Source of the DNA: Longimicrobiales bacterium
GTDB taxonomy: Bacteria; Gemmatimonadota; Gemmatimonadetes; Longimicrobiales; Gaopeijiaceae
Length of the DNA stretch: 64,000 nt
NCBI GenBank assembly: GCA_965248195.1
Contig: CBDFIQ010000002.1
Coordinates: 1,984,001-2,048,000, forward strand
Reading direction: 5' to 3'
Positions 11,110 to 21,858 of the stretch are shown here, piece after piece. Both the position numbers and the translations under genes were made by a program. The notes below the pieces were generated by a model. That model was not told where the DNA came from. It saw only the letters and a list, made by a program, of their open reading frames with translations, and ran no database searches. Position 1 is the stretch's first letter, and every line of letters starts with the position of its first letter.

Positions 11110-11664
11110 TCAATCCCCTTCTCTCTCCGAAAATTTTTCCGAAACCTCGCCGGGTGGGAGCATATCCATCAGGACTTCGTCCTTCTCGACCGTCTGGCCT
11201 GCGGCGACGTGGATTACGCCGACGCGGCCTGCGACCGCGGCGGTGAGCGAATTCTCCATCTTCATGGCCTCGACGACGAGGAGACCGCCTCCCGCCTCCA
11301 CCAACTCTCCTTCTTTCACCTCCACCTTTACGACCAGCCCCGGCATTGGGGCCCGCACGGGCGTCGGGCCCTTGACGGCCAATCCCGCGGAGCTCATGTC
11401 GCGCATCGCCTTCGCTCGGTCGTCCAACACGTCGGCTCGATACCGCCGCCCCCGATGCTGGAGAGCCCACACGCCGGAACCGCCGCGCTCGGCCAGAACC
11501 GTATGGGATGCCCCGCCCACGAGAAAGGAATAGAGCTTCGGGCTCACCAATTCGGGGCCACGGGCCTCCATCCGGTCCCCGTCGATCCGAACTCCCTCAG
11601 CGTCGATTGCCACCTCGAAGGTGGTGTCGCCCACGGTGACATGATAACGCACAGCCCTACCCAC
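11110..11664 (-). CDS. Biotin carboxyl carrier protein
   Basis: APMPG and EAMKMEN biotinylation motif. Confidence 0.92.
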   Translation of the reverse strand: MGRAVRYHVTVGDTTFEVAIDAEGVRIDGDRMEARGPELVSPKLYSFLVGGASHTVLAERGGSGVWALQHRGRRYRADVLDDRAKAMRDMSSAGLAVKGPTPVRAPMPGLVVKVEVKEGELVEAGGGLLVVEAMKMENSLTAAVAGRVGVIHVAAGQTVEKDEVLMDMLPPGEVSEKFSEREGD

Positions 11665-12955
11665 TACGGGGCTCCGCGGCAGTCCGCCTCAGCACGACCA
11701 CCACCTCCACGTGCGCGGTCTGTGGAAAAAGGTCGAACGCTCGAACGTTCACGACCTCATAGGACGACGAGAGCCGCCCGATATCCCTCGCCAATGTCGC
11801 GGGGTCACAGCTGACATAGATCAGGCGCGGTGGGCCCGCCGCCTGAAGCGCCTCCGTTACCCTCGCGTCGACACCGCTTCTGGGTGGATTGAGGACCACG
11901 AGGTCGGCCGGCAGGGCCTCCACCACGCGATCCTCCACGGCGCCCGTCCATACCGTGAAGCTCTCCGGGGCATCGCACGATGCGGCTCTGGCCGCCTCCG
12001 AGTCGCGTTCGATGCCAAGGACGTCCGCACCGGATCTCGCCAGGTCTCGACCGTATAAGCCCACCCCGCAGTAGGCATCCACCACTTTTTCGCCGCCTCT
12101 CACCTGTCCCTGCTCTACCACCCATCGATGAAGCGCCTCACCCGCCTCCCTGTTCACCTGGAGGAAGGTCGTCGGCCCGGTCCGCACGGTTTCTCCGAAG
12201 CGAGTGTCATGAACGTGAGTCCGCCCGGCCAGAAGCTTTCCACCGCCCTTGGGCTTTTCGCCCCACACGGCCACGAGCCCTTCGACTTCTCGGAGAAGGA
12301 TGTCCGGCCGCCCCGGACCTCGACCACCTCCGACGACGAGAACCACCCCTTCGTCCACAGCGCGCAGCGTGAGGCGCAGCTTGCGGCCGGCTGGAAGCCT
12401 CCGGGCCCCCTCCCCCCAAGCCCGCCGTAAGCCGGTCCATACCGACGCCACGGCCGGCTCCGGAAGGATACACCCCTCTTCCACGTCGACGATTCGATGG
12501 GGCACCCCGAGATGGTGAAATCCCGCGACCACCCGGCCACCCGGTAGGCGCATCAGCGTAAACGTCACCCGGGACCGATAGTTTCGTTCTATAGGGCTCG
12601 GCACCACCTCCGGAAGTCCGATGTCCACGTGTGAGATTCTCCTGAGCGCCTCTCTCACCGTGTCGCCCTTCCAATGGAGCTGCCGGGGGTAGGCGACATG
12701 TTGCAACGTGCAGCCCCCGCACTCTTCGTAGTACGGACAGGCAGGGGGAACCCGGTCCGGTGACGGAACGCGCAATTCACGGAGTTGGCCCCTGGCCCAG
12801 CGCGGTTTTTCATGTGTGATGCGCACTCGGACCTCGTCACCCGGTGTGGTCCGTGGCACGAACACCACTCGTCCATCGTCCAAATTCCCTACGCCGGCAC
12901 CATCGGACGACAACGCTCGGATCTGCACCGTTGCTTCGGTGGTCAAGTCTGCCAT
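11657..12955 (-). CDS. rlmD: 23S rRNA (uracil-5)-methyltransferase, TRAM-domain TrmA/RlmD family
   Basis: TRAM domain, CPYYEECGGC Fe-S motif, FLQVN, DAYCGVG, NPPRSG, YVSCDPATLARD, DLFPQTAHVE; start 12955. Confidence 0.88.
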   Translation of the reverse strand: MADLTTEATVQIRALSSDGAGVGNLDDGRVVFVPRTTPGDEVRVRITHEKPRWARGQLRELRVPSPDRVPPACPYYEECGGCTLQHVAYPRQLHWKGDTVREALRRISHVDIGLPEVVPSPIERNYRSRVTFTLMRLPGGRVVAGFHHLGVPHRIVDVEEGCILPEPAVASVWTGLRRAWGEGARRLPAGRKLRLTLRAVDEGVVLVVGGGRGPGRPDILLREVEGLVAVWGEKPKGGGKLLAGRTHVHDTRFGETVRTGPTTFLQVNREAGEALHRWVVEQGQVRGGEKVVDAYCGVGLYGRDLARSGADVLGIERDSEAARAASCDAPESFTVWTGAVEDRVVEALPADLVVLNPPRSGVDARVTEALQAAGPPRLIYVSCDPATLARDIGRLSSSYEVVNVRAFDLFPQTAHVEVVVVLRRTAAEPRSG

Positions 12956-14457
12956 GGCCAACCCGACGCCCGCCACGCGGAGAGCCCCCGTTCGTCCATT
13001 CCATCGATCCGGTCGTCCGCTCCATCGATCCGGGTGGCGCCTACACGTCCGCACCCGCCATGCTCCAGCATTGCCGCCGCCAAAGCCACCAAACGGACCT
13101 CGCCATCGGAAGGCCGTAACCACTCCGGATGCTCTTCGACGTAGGCGATCGTGAGGTCCCCTCTCCTAAAGTCATCTTCCTCCATGACACGTAGGTGGAA
13201 CGGGATACTCGTATCGACCCCGTGGATCACCAGTTCACCGAGCGCTCGCCTCATACGAGCGAGGGCAGCGGCTCGAGAGCCGGCATGGACGATGAGCTTG
13301 CCCAGAAGGGGGTCGTAGTGAGGTCCGATGTCGGAACCGGCACGGATCCCGCCGTCCCACCGGATCCCCGGTCCCGAGGGCACCTCGAGGTGGTCGATGC
13401 GCCCCATAGACGGAAGAAAACCGCGGGCGGGATCCTCACTCGTGATGCGACATTCGATGGCGTGCCCTGAAAACCCGACGTCTTCCTGGCAGAAGTCCAA
13501 GGGCTCTCCGAGCGCAATACGGATCTGCCACTGCACCAGATCCAGGCCGGTTACGGACTCCGTGATCGGGTGCTCGACCTGTAACCGGGTGTTCATCTCC
13601 AAGAAGTAGAATTCGCCGTCCTGGTAGAGGAACTCGACTGTGCCCGCACTCCGATACTCGACGGCCCGAGCAGCCTGCACGGCCGCAAGACCCATCGCTT
13701 CCCGAGCCCGGGGCTCCAGCAGGGGCGCGGGCGACTCTTCGATGAGCTTCTGATGACGCCGCTGAATCGAACATTCCCGCTCACCCAGGTGGACCACAAC
13801 ACCCGATGGATCGCCGAGCACCTGGATCTCGATGTGCCGGGGCCGCGCCAAGTACTTCTCCACATAGATCGCCCCGTCCCCGAAGGCGGCTTCCGCCTCT
13901 CGGGACGCCGACTCGAAGGCTCCCGGTAGCTCGTCGGCGTCGGATACGACCCGCATCCCCTTCCCGCCGCCCCCCGCAACCGCCTTGAGGAGTATGGGAA
14001 ATCCCACCTCACGTGCAACGTCAGCGGCTTCCTCCGGACCGGTCGTCGGCTCGAGAGCGCCCGGAATGATCGGGACCCCCGCTTCGGCCATGCGGCGCCT
14101 TGCCTCGGTCTTGTCGCCCATCGCCCGGATGGACTCAGGGGAGGGGCCGATGAAAACGAGACCGGACTTCTCTACCGCCGCGGCGAACGAGGCCCGTTCA
14201 GCAAGGAATCCATATCCGGGGTGGATGGCTCCCGCTCCCGCACTCTCGGCCACCTCGATGAGATGTTCTCCGCGGAGGTAGCTCTCCGATGACGGCGCCG
14301 GCCCGATCGGAACTGCCGAGTCGGCCTCGAGAACGTGCGGCGACAGCCGATCCACGTCCGAATAGACTGCGACGGAAGCCAAGCCCAACTCGCGGCACGC
14401 ACGAATGATCCGGACGGCGATCTCGCCACGATTGGCCACAAGCACGGTGTCGAACAT
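12943..14457 (-). CDS. accC: Acetyl/propionyl-CoA carboxylase biotin carboxylase subunit
   Basis: MFDTVLVANRGEIAVR, HPGYGFLAE, GGGGKGMR, ERECSIQRRHQK, FLEMNTRLQVEH; start reassigned to 14457. Confidence 0.94.
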   Translation of the reverse strand: MFDTVLVANRGEIAVRIIRACRELGLASVAVYSDVDRLSPHVLEADSAVPIGPAPSSESYLRGEHLIEVAESAGAGAIHPGYGFLAERASFAAAVEKSGLVFIGPSPESIRAMGDKTEARRRMAEAGVPIIPGALEPTTGPEEAADVAREVGFPILLKAVAGGGGKGMRVVSDADELPGAFESASREAEAAFGDGAIYVEKYLARPRHIEIQVLGDPSGVVVHLGERECSIQRRHQKLIEESPAPLLEPRAREAMGLAAVQAARAVEYRSAGTVEFLYQDGEFYFLEMNTRLQVEHPITESVTGLDLVQWQIRIALGEPLDFCQEDVGFSGHAIECRITSEDPARGFLPSMGRIDHLEVPSGPGIRWDGGIRAGSDIGPHYDPLLGKLIVHAGSRAAALARMRRALGELVIHGVDTSIPFHLRVMEEDDFRRGDLTIAYVEEHPEWLRPSDGEVRLVALAAAMLEHGGCGRVGATRIDGADDRIDGMDERGLSAWRASGWPWQT

Positions 14458-14557
14458 GGGCCGCTCAGGATCCTCGGGAAGGGCGTCAGGGCCGACGGGC
14501 CCAGTCTTGTCCGGTGGAGCCTGAAGTTTGGTAGAGGGGTGTGGGGGTGTAAACCCC

Positions 14558-15502
14558 TTACTCCACGTAGCCCTCCGCCACCAGCTCGCTTCCCCTCCGG
14601 ATGATCCTGAACCGGATCGGCTCGTCCTCTTCATAGGACCGGATGAGCCGGAGCACCCGGCCCACCGTTTCTGCCTCCCGGGCTCCGACGGCGAGCACCA
14701 CGTCTCCCGCCATGAGTCCCAACGTCGAGTCTTCGTCGACCTCGACCACCAGCACCCCGTTGTCACTCCCGAAGTACTCGCCAAGCTCAGGATTCAGGTC
14801 GATGAACTCGACACCTTCCGCTGAGGTGCGGCCGAAACTGAAGTTGAATCGACCAGGTTCTATGACCTGAATGTCCCCTAGACGGTCCCTTATGACGCTC
14901 AACCGATCGGCAAGTTCGCCGCTGAAATTCTCATGCATTCCGAAGGACCACCTGTCCCCGTCCCACTCACCATCCCAGATGAGGTCTGGAGCCACCCCGA
15001 AGGTTCGGACCTCAGGAAATTCAAACTCCTCGGCTTCGACGCTCACCGTGCTGCTGGCGCCATCCCTCAAATATCGGATTTCGACCGTCTGCCCTGGCTC
15101 CAAGTCACGGGCCAATGCCAGAAGGCGCTGGGCTGGAAGGGATTGATCCAGATCGAGGTCCCTCTCCACATCAGAGTCGGGGAGTGGAACCGTGAGCACC
15201 TGACCCTGGAACACCGTAATGACGTCGCCGTTCTGAAGCCCGGCGTCCTCCGCTGGAGAGTCGCGCATCACGCCTGTGATCAAGGCTCCGTCCCGGTCGA
15301 ATCGACGTGACTGTCCCTGGTCCAGATAAAGCCCCAGCCGGGTTCTGGACTGTTGCTCCGTGTAGATATTGAGGAGAGGAGCAAGCGGCGTCCGACGCGA
15401 GTCTCGAGTCCGAGTTCGATTCTGACTCGCGCCCAGGGCGGGAGTCACCGAGACCGCGCACACCAGCACGGCCAACCATTTAGCTGTTCTATTCGCCGTC
15501 AC
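14558..15502 (-). CDS. Exported PDZ-domain protein (two PDZ-like domains)
   Basis: Signal peptide; GALITGVMRDSPAEDAGLQNGDVI and GVLVVEVDEDSTLGLMAGDVVLAV PDZ patterns. Confidence 0.8.
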   Translation of the reverse strand: MTANRTAKWLAVLVCAVSVTPALGASQNRTRTRDSRRTPLAPLLNIYTEQQSRTRLGLYLDQGQSRRFDRDGALITGVMRDSPAEDAGLQNGDVITVFQGQVLTVPLPDSDVERDLDLDQSLPAQRLLALARDLEPGQTVEIRYLRDGASSTVSVEAEEFEFPEVRTFGVAPDLIWDGEWDGDRWSFGMHENFSGELADRLSVIRDRLGDIQVIEPGRFNFSFGRTSAEGVEFIDLNPELGEYFGSDNGVLVVEVDEDSTLGLMAGDVVLAVGAREAETVGRVLRLIRSYEEDEPIRFRIIRRGSELVAEGYVE

Positions 15503-15608
15503 CGTAGTCCCTCCATCTTCTAACCCCGCTTCACGACGGACCGCCCGAAGCTATTCCTGAGATGACCTGAGGCGGGCGGAGCGTTGCCTGCGACGTCACC
15601 ACGGGACG

Positions 15609-17159
15609 TTAGAGCGGGATGTTCCCGTGCTTCTTTCGGGGGTTCTCGTCGCGCTTGTTGCGAAGCATGTCGAGCGCGTTGATGAGGCGGGGCCGTGTGG
15701 TACGGGGGTCGATGACGTCATCAACGTAGCCCCGCCCTGCAGCGATGTAGGGGTGAGCGAACTCAGTCCGGTATTCCTCGATGCGGGCCCTGGCAGCTGC
15801 CTCCGGATTCTCGGCAGTGTCGAGTTCCTTCCGGAAGAGCACTTCGACGGCGCCCTCGGGGCCCATGACCGCGATCTCCGCGGTCGGCCAAGCCAGGTTC
15901 ACATCCCCTCTGATGTGCTTGGAGCTCATCACGTCGTAGGCACCGCCATATGCCTTCCGGATGATGACCGTGACCTTCGGAACCGTCGCCTCGGAGAATG
16001 CGTAGAGCAGTTTCGCGCCGTGCCGGATGATGCCACCGTGCTCCTGCCCAACCCCCGGCAAGAACCCGGGGACATCCTCGAAGACGATCAACGGGATGTT
16101 GAAGACGTCGCAAAATCGTACGAAACGCGCTCCCTTTACCGAGGAGTCGATGTCCAAAACCCCGGCGAGGACGGCAGGCTGATTGGCGACCATCCCGACC
16201 GCATGCCCCCCGAGGTGCGCAAAGCCAACGATAAGATTGCGAGCGAACGCTTGGTGGACCTCGTAGAACTCCCGATCATCCACGACGCCCTGGATGACTT
16301 CATGCATGTCATAGGGTTTACTGGAGTTATCTGGCACGATCTCCAGTAATTTCTCATCCTGGCGCTCATGTGGATCGTCGGTGGCTCGGGACCCGGGGAC
16401 CTCGGTATTGTTCTGGGGGAGGAAAGCCATCAAGTCCCGAACGGCAGCCAAACATTCCGGCTCCGAATCGTACACGAAGTGAGCCACTCCCGACGTCGAC
16501 GCGTGCACGTCCGCCCCACCCAAGCCCTCCATGTCGATGTCTTCGTGCGTCACGGTCTTCACGACGCCAGGCCCGGTGACGAACATGTAGCTCGTGCCGC
16601 GGACCATGTACACGAAGTCCGTAATGGCGGGCGAGTACACGGCTCCGCCGGCACAGGGCCCGAGTATCACGCTGATTTGGGGAATCACACCCGACGCCAG
16701 GGTATTTCGGAGGAAGATGTCGGCATAGCCGCCCAGCGAGGTCACCCCTTCCTGAATCCGTGCACCGCCGGAATCGCTCAGTCCGATGAGCGGCGCCCCG
16801 TTCTTCAGGGCCATGTCCTGAAGCTTGACGATTTTTTCTGCGTGCGCCTCAGAGAGCGATCCTCCGAAAACCGTAAAATCTTGGGAAAAAACGTATACGA
16901 GCCGACCATGGATGGTCCCGTACCCGGTGACCACCCCGTCCCCTAGGATCTTCAGGTCGGCGAGCGTCTCATCCGTAGAACGGTGGGTGACGAACCGATC
17001 CATCTCGACGAAGGAATCCTCGTCCAGCAGGAGCGCCACACGCTGGCGGGCGAGAAGCTTGCCTTTCGCCTGCTGGGCCTCGAGTCTCACCTTCCCGCCG
17101 CCGAGCTCCGCCTCCCTCCCAAGGTCTTCCAGATGTTCGAGCTTCTTGCGCATCGACAT
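15609..17159 (-). CDS. pccB: Propionyl-CoA carboxylase beta chain (acyl-CoA carboxyltransferase)
   Basis: [56 protein letters not shown] motifs. Confidence 0.95.
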   Translation of the reverse strand: MSMRKKLEHLEDLGREAELGGGKVRLEAQQAKGKLLARQRVALLLDEDSFVEMDRFVTHRSTDETLADLKILGDGVVTGYGTIHGRLVYVFSQDFTVFGGSLSEAHAEKIVKLQDMALKNGAPLIGLSDSGGARIQEGVTSLGGYADIFLRNTLASGVIPQISVILGPCAGGAVYSPAITDFVYMVRGTSYMFVTGPGVVKTVTHEDIDMEGLGGADVHASTSGVAHFVYDSEPECLAAVRDLMAFLPQNNTEVPGSRATDDPHERQDEKLLEIVPDNSSKPYDMHEVIQGVVDDREFYEVHQAFARNLIVGFAHLGGHAVGMVANQPAVLAGVLDIDSSVKGARFVRFCDVFNIPLIVFEDVPGFLPGVGQEHGGIIRHGAKLLYAFSEATVPKVTVIIRKAYGGAYDVMSSKHIRGDVNLAWPTAEIAVMGPEGAVEVLFRKELDTAENPEAAARARIEEYRTEFAHPYIAAGRGYVDDVIDPRTTRPRLINALDMLRNKRDENPRKKHGNIPL

Positions 17160-17199
17160 CCGCCGACCCCCGGCCTTAGAAGCTCATGTGCGCGGGATC

Positions 17200-19116
17200 C
17201 TACCGGCCGGCTGGCACGGAGGGGACCAGCATCGGACACCGGAACCCGACGACGCGGTCCAGCGCCCCCTCGGGGATCGAATCCGTTTCAGGGTCCCGCA
17301 AGGGCGGCCTCACGATCGGATCCGCGCGCGCTCCGTCGGCCAAGTCGAGCACCTGCCGATCCTGGAGACAGCCCACGAAGTGGTCCCGTACGATCCTGCC
17401 GTCATCGACGAACAGACGGCCCGTGGCACCTGAAAAGCCGGGCATGGCTTCGAGCGTGTCGAGTAACTCGCCGGGTGTCGACGCCCCCCTCCTGATGCCC
17501 TCGAGAAGAAGCGCGGCCGCGTCATAACCCAAGGCCGGCACCAGATCGGGAAGCGTACGCTGATAAAGGGCCTCATAGGCTTCGACAAATCGCCGGTATC
17601 CCTCCGACTCCCCCTCGGCAGGCTGCGGCGACGCCGTCACGACCCCGTTCGTGTGGCGGGTGTCGACTCGCGACAGCATGGCTTCCTCGCTCCAGCCGGT
17701 GGTGCCCAGTACGCGGATTTCCAAGGAGTCGAGCCCGAAAAAAGTCACCTGCGGCGCCATCAACTCCACGTCCCTCGCGGGAATCGGTAGAACCAGCACA
17801 TCCGGACGTAGCGCTTCCGCTTGCCGAAGCTGCTCTTCGAAAAATGTCGCACCCGTCGGGTAGCTGATCTCACCGAGTATCAAGCCCCCTTCGGACTGAA
17901 ACGCCTCGGAAAAGGCTCGAGCCTCGTAAAGGCCGTCGGTGCTTTCGGGATACACCACCACGGCCGTATACAGGTCGCTGGAAATCGCGTACCGTGCCAA
18001 CGCTCGTGCACCGCCGGGGTCGGCACTGCTGAGGGAGTACACGCCGGTGGAACCGTCGGGCACCAAAGGAGATGTCGGTGAGATCACGGCAAGCCTCCCC
18101 TGGACTCGATCGGTGACCTCCGATAGAGCGCCGTCCTGAAGCGGTCCGATGACCCCGAGCACCTCCGACGCCTCTATCGCCGAAAAAGCGATCCTCGCAC
18201 CGATGACATCACCGCCGCTGTCTTGAACGACCAGCTCGGGCGCCAGTCGATTTCCCTGCGGCAGGCCAAACATTTGAAAGGCGACGCTAATGCCTTCTTG
18301 GATTCCGGTCGCGAACTGCCTCAGTCGGGGCGATCCGCTCGTGGGTAGAATCGCCCCGATGCGCGGAACGATCAGGAACTCGCTTACATCACCGGCCAAA
18401 ACAGCTTCGGCCAGAAGCTGCGCCCTGCCGGTGGCCCCGGAATCCAGCGCACGGGTCGCATAAGTTCGGGCGGCGGCATCGGCGCCCAGGGTGTATTGCC
18501 GGAACGCGAATTCAGCCAGGACCGGGGCAACCAAACCCTCATCCGACGCGACCAGCCGGCGAAGCTCGCTCTGCGCGAGCTCATCTACGTGATCTTCCAC
18601 ACGCACGAGGGCTTCTTCGGAAACGGGTTCGCCCGGAGCGGGCAACCAGGCCGCCACGGCTTCGGCGGTTCTGCCCAACGCCTGGAGCGCGTCGCCCTCC
18701 AGGAGAGTCACCTCGGCAATTCGCTCGTCCCCGTCGGCCAGGTAGGTCCGGAACCTGCGTGCCGCTTCCTGCGACCCCTCCAGATTGCCGCTGGCCATGG
18801 CAGCGCGAGCACGAATCCACAGAGCTTGCGCGCTCCCTGGGGCAGCGCTGAATTCAGCTTCGATCTCGAAGGAGAGGGCCTCGGCAAGCTCGAAGGCCTC
18901 CTGGTCGAGCGCCGCCTGCGCCTGAGCAAGTAGGGCATCGGCTTCCGCCTGCCGGCCAGGTGGAAACGGCCCACCTACGATCGCCGGCTCAACTCGACCT
19001 CCCCCGGCGTCGACGATCGGCGCCCCTGGTGTGACGCATCCGAATACGGCGACCACGGCGACAATCGAAAGCCCGGGCGCGACTGGCGTCCGGGCTTTCG
19101 AGGGCAAGTTATGCAT
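17200..19116 (-). CDS. LppC/LpoA-like lipoprotein (TPR-like N-terminal region plus periplasmic-binding-protein fold)
   Basis: Lipobox VFGC; RIGAILPTSGS, VIGPL, ALGYDAAALL, FSGATG; real start at 19116 (MHNLPS). Confidence 0.8.
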   Translation of the reverse strand: MHNLPSKARTPVAPGLSIVAVVAVFGCVTPGAPIVDAGGGRVEPAIVGGPFPPGRQAEADALLAQAQAALDQEAFELAEALSFEIEAEFSAAPGSAQALWIRARAAMASGNLEGSQEAARRFRTYLADGDERIAEVTLLEGDALQALGRTAEAVAAWLPAPGEPVSEEALVRVEDHVDELAQSELRRLVASDEGLVAPVLAEFAFRQYTLGADAAARTYATRALDSGATGRAQLLAEAVLAGDVSEFLIVPRIGAILPTSGSPRLRQFATGIQEGISVAFQMFGLPQGNRLAPELVVQDSGGDVIGARIAFSAIEASEVLGVIGPLQDGALSEVTDRVQGRLAVISPTSPLVPDGSTGVYSLSSADPGGARALARYAISSDLYTAVVVYPESTDGLYEARAFSEAFQSEGGLILGEISYPTGATFFEEQLRQAEALRPDVLVLPIPARDVELMAPQVTFFGLDSLEIRVLGTTGWSEEAMLSRVDTRHTNGVVTASPQPAEGESEGYRRFVEAYEALYQRTLPDLVPALGYDAAALLLEGIRRGASTPGELLDTLEAMPGFSGATGRLFVDDGRIVRDHFVGCLQDRQVLDLADGARADPIVRPPLRDPETDSIPEGALDRVVGFRCPMLVPSVPAGR

Positions 19117-19129
19117 GAAAAGCTTCGCC

Positions 19130-21727
19130 CTATTCCTCTTCCTTGGCCTCGTCTTCATCGGCGTTCGCCTCGTCTTCACCGGCGTCGGCCTCGTCTTCAC
19201 CGGCGTCGGTCTCGTCTGCACTGGCGTCGGTCTCGTCTGCACTGGCGTCGGTCTCGTCTGCACTGGCGTCGGTCTCGTCTGCACTGGCGTCGGTCTCGTC
19301 TGCACTGGCGTCGGTCTCGTCTGCACTGGCGTCGGTCTCGTCTGCACTGGCGTCGGTCTCCTCTGCACTGGCGTCGGTCTCGTCTGCACTGGCGTCGGTC
19401 TCCTCTGCACTGGCGTCGGTCTCGTCTGCACTGGCTTCCGATTCGTCCTCGCCGGCATCCGCCTCCGCCGCACCACCTTCGTCGGCCTCAGCCGCATCCT
19501 CTTCTGAGTCTTCTTCGGCGGTGGCTTCGACGGCGTCGGCCTCCTGCTCATCATCGGTTGCCGCCTCTGGGGCTTTGACCTCTTCAGCCGACGATTCGGG
19601 TGCATCGTCCGACTCCGTAGCCTCGAGCTGCCCATCGGCTTCGGACTCGTCCACGCCGGCATCCGCCTCCGCCGCACCACCTTCGTCGGCCTCAGCCGCA
19701 TCCTCTTCTGAGTCTTCTTCGGCGGTGGCTTCGACGGCGTCGGCCTCCAGCTCATCCTCGGTTGCCGCCTCTGGGGCTTTGGCCTCTTCAGCCGACGATT
19801 CGGGTGCATCGTCCGACTCCGTGGCCTCAAGCTTCCCATCGGTTTCGGACTCGTCCACACCCTCTTCCTCAGGCGGAGGCTCCGGTACATCCATACGCTC
19901 GTGAAGCGTCGTCACCTCGAGTACGATTCTACGGTTCGCGGCATCGGACTCGATCACCTTGAGCTCGAGTGGCTCTCCGGCGCGGAAATACTCGGGGAGC
20001 TTTTCCTCCTCCTCGACTCCGGAGTGGGACGTCGGCACGAAACCCTCGATGTCGTCGCCCAGGTCTACGACCACACCCTTTTCCTGCACCCGAGCCACCG
20101 AACCCGCGGGCTCGACACCCGCAGAAAAGCGCTCCGAAATCTCCGGCCACGGATCATCGGACAGCTGCTTGATCCCGAGCGAGATCCGCTTCGCCTCCGC
20201 ATCGACGTCCAGCACGAGCACCTGGACCTCATCGCCCTTCTGGATGACTTCCGAGGGATGCTCGACTCGCCGGGTCCAGCTCAGATCGGAGACGTGCACC
20301 AGGCCGTCGATTCCGGACTCGATTTCGACGAACGCGCCGAAGGAAGTGAGGTTCTGCACCACTCCGGCCAACTGTGTGCCGGTCGGGTATTTGGCCGGTA
20401 GTGCGAGCCATGGGTCCTCTTCGATCTGCTTCATGCCGAGAGAGATCTTCTCGTCCTGCATATCCACCTTCAACACCACAGCCTCGATCTCATCGCTGAT
20501 GTTCACGAGCTTGGACGGATGCCGAATGTTACGCGTCCACGACATCTCCGAGATATGAACCAGGCCCTCGACACCCTTCTCCAGCTCGATGAAGGCTCCG
20601 TAGTTGGTGATCGACACCACCTTTCCACGCACCCGTGAGCCCACCGGATATTTCTTGTCGATCCCGGTCCACGGGTAGGGCAGAAGCTGCTTGAGGCCCA
20701 ATGAAATACGTTCGCGGTCCCAATCGATGTCGAGGACCTTTACGTCGAGCTTGGCGCCGATATCCACAACCTCGGAGGGGTGTCCTACGCGCCCCCATGA
20801 CATGTCGGTGATGTGGAGGAGACCGTCGAGTCCACCCAGATCGATAAACGCACCGAAGTCGGTGATGTTCTTGACGATACCTTCCCGGACCTGCCCGACC
20901 AGAAGCTCCTTGACCAGGGTCTCCCGTTTCTTCTCGCGCTCCCCCTCGAGGATCACGCGCCGCGAGACCACGATGTTCCGGCGGCGCTTGTTGAGTTTGA
21001 TGATCTTGAATTCGAAGGTCTGACCAAGGAGGTCGTCGATGTTCGGCACCCGGCGCAGCGCAATCTGCGAGCCGGGCAGGAACGCGTCGACACCCATGAT
21101 GTCTACCGTGACACCACCCTTGATCTTCCGCGCCAGCATTCCTTCCACCGGCTCATCGGCCTCATGAGCCTCCCGAATTTTCTCCCAAACACGCAGGAAG
21201 TCCGCCTTCTTCTTCGAAAGCACGACGATCCCGTCATCGTCCTCGAGGCTTTCGAGAAGAACCTCTACCTCCTGTCCCGGCTCGATCGCGTCACGGTCCT
21301 TGAACTCATCTAGCGGGACCGCGCCCTCGCTCTTGAACCCGAATTCCAGGATGACCATGCTGTCGGTGACCCTGAGCACCTTCGCGTGGACGATCTCGCC
21401 TTCCCTGAAGTCACCCATCACATCCGCGTGATCGGAGAGCAGGGCCTCGAAATCCGCTGCGGATATGTCGAGAATTTCCTCTCCGTACGGATCCGCCAAC
21501 AACTCGGGGGAGATACCGCCGGGCACTCTCTCGGCTACCCCTACGGCTACCGGAGCCGACGAAGCAGCAGCTTGGGCATCGGACGCTTTGTCGCCGGACC
21601 CGGCGTCATCGCTGTTGTTCTCTGGGGATCCTTCGGCCGCGCCGTCTTCGGTTTCGCTCTCCGGGGGGGCTTCGGCGGGGGCTTCGGAGATGGGGTCGGG
21701 GGACTGGGGGTCTAGGTTGTTGGTCAT
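19130..21727 (-). CDS. rpsA: 30S ribosomal protein S1 with long acidic N- and C-terminal extensions
   Basis: Six S1 repeats (FKSEG, AFLPGSQI, TDFGAFIDLGG, TNYGAFIELE, TSFGAFVEIE); downstream of cmk. Confidence 0.97.
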   Translation of the reverse strand: MTNNLDPQSPDPISEAPAEAPPESETEDGAAEGSPENNSDDAGSGDKASDAQAAASSAPVAVGVAERVPGGISPELLADPYGEEILDISAADFEALLSDHADVMGDFREGEIVHAKVLRVTDSMVILEFGFKSEGAVPLDEFKDRDAIEPGQEVEVLLESLEDDDGIVVLSKKKADFLRVWEKIREAHEADEPVEGMLARKIKGGVTVDIMGVDAFLPGSQIALRRVPNIDDLLGQTFEFKIIKLNKRRRNIVVSRRVILEGEREKKRETLVKELLVGQVREGIVKNITDFGAFIDLGGLDGLLHITDMSWGRVGHPSEVVDIGAKLDVKVLDIDWDRERISLGLKQLLPYPWTGIDKKYPVGSRVRGKVVSITNYGAFIELEKGVEGLVHISEMSWTRNIRHPSKLVNISDEIEAVVLKVDMQDEKISLGMKQIEEDPWLALPAKYPTGTQLAGVVQNLTSFGAFVEIESGIDGLVHVSDLSWTRRVEHPSEVIQKGDEVQVLVLDVDAEAKRISLGIKQLSDDPWPEISERFSAGVEPAGSVARVQEKGVVVDLGDDIEGFVPTSHSGVEEEEKLPEYFRAGEPLELKVIESDAANRRIVLEVTTLHERMDVPEPPPEEEGVDESETDGKLEATESDDAPESSAEEAKAPEAATEDELEADAVEATAEEDSEEDAAEADEGGAAEADAGVDESEADGQLEATESDDAPESSAEEVKAPEAATDDEQEADAVEATAEEDSEEDAAEADEGGAAEADAGEDESEASADETDASAEETDASADETDASAEETDASADETDASADETDASADETDASADETDASADETDASADETDASADETDAGEDEADAGEDEANADEDEAKEEE
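19160..19432. repeat. 21-bp tandem repeat (11 near-perfect plus 2 degenerate units) encoding SADETDA in the S1 tail
   Basis: GGCGTCGGTCTCsTCTGCACT units from 19202 to 19432; degenerate units 19160-19201. Confidence 0.97.
19451..19858. repeat. 204-bp (68-aa) tandem duplication in the S1 tail
   Basis: Units start at 19451 and 19655; peptide VDESE.DG.LEATESDDAPESSAEE.KAPEAAT...AEADAG occurs twice. Confidence 0.95.
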
Positions 21728-21858
21728 GGCTCATTCACCGGCGCAGTTCGCCGATGCCTATTTACCGGACACCACAGCAGCGCCCCGGTCCGGGTTGAGG
21801 GATAGACAAAACGCCAGCCCCGGCGCCAAGGGCTAACTTGGTCAAGCTATACTTCCCC

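Noticed and set aside
11102..14784. Long N-terminal extensions on the mutase, rlmD and accC ORFs
   Set aside because: They overlap well-supported upstream genes; conserved N-termini begin at 11101, 12955 and 14457
19160..19432. Possible CRISPR array
   Set aside because: Units are contiguous 21-mers with no spacers, lie in frame within rpsA, and no cas genes are present
19117..19890. Basic repeat-rich N-terminal extension (PTPVQTR)n of the LppC-like ORF and antisense repeat ORFs
   Set aside because: These are alternative-frame readings of the rpsA repeats; the lipoprotein signal starts at 19116
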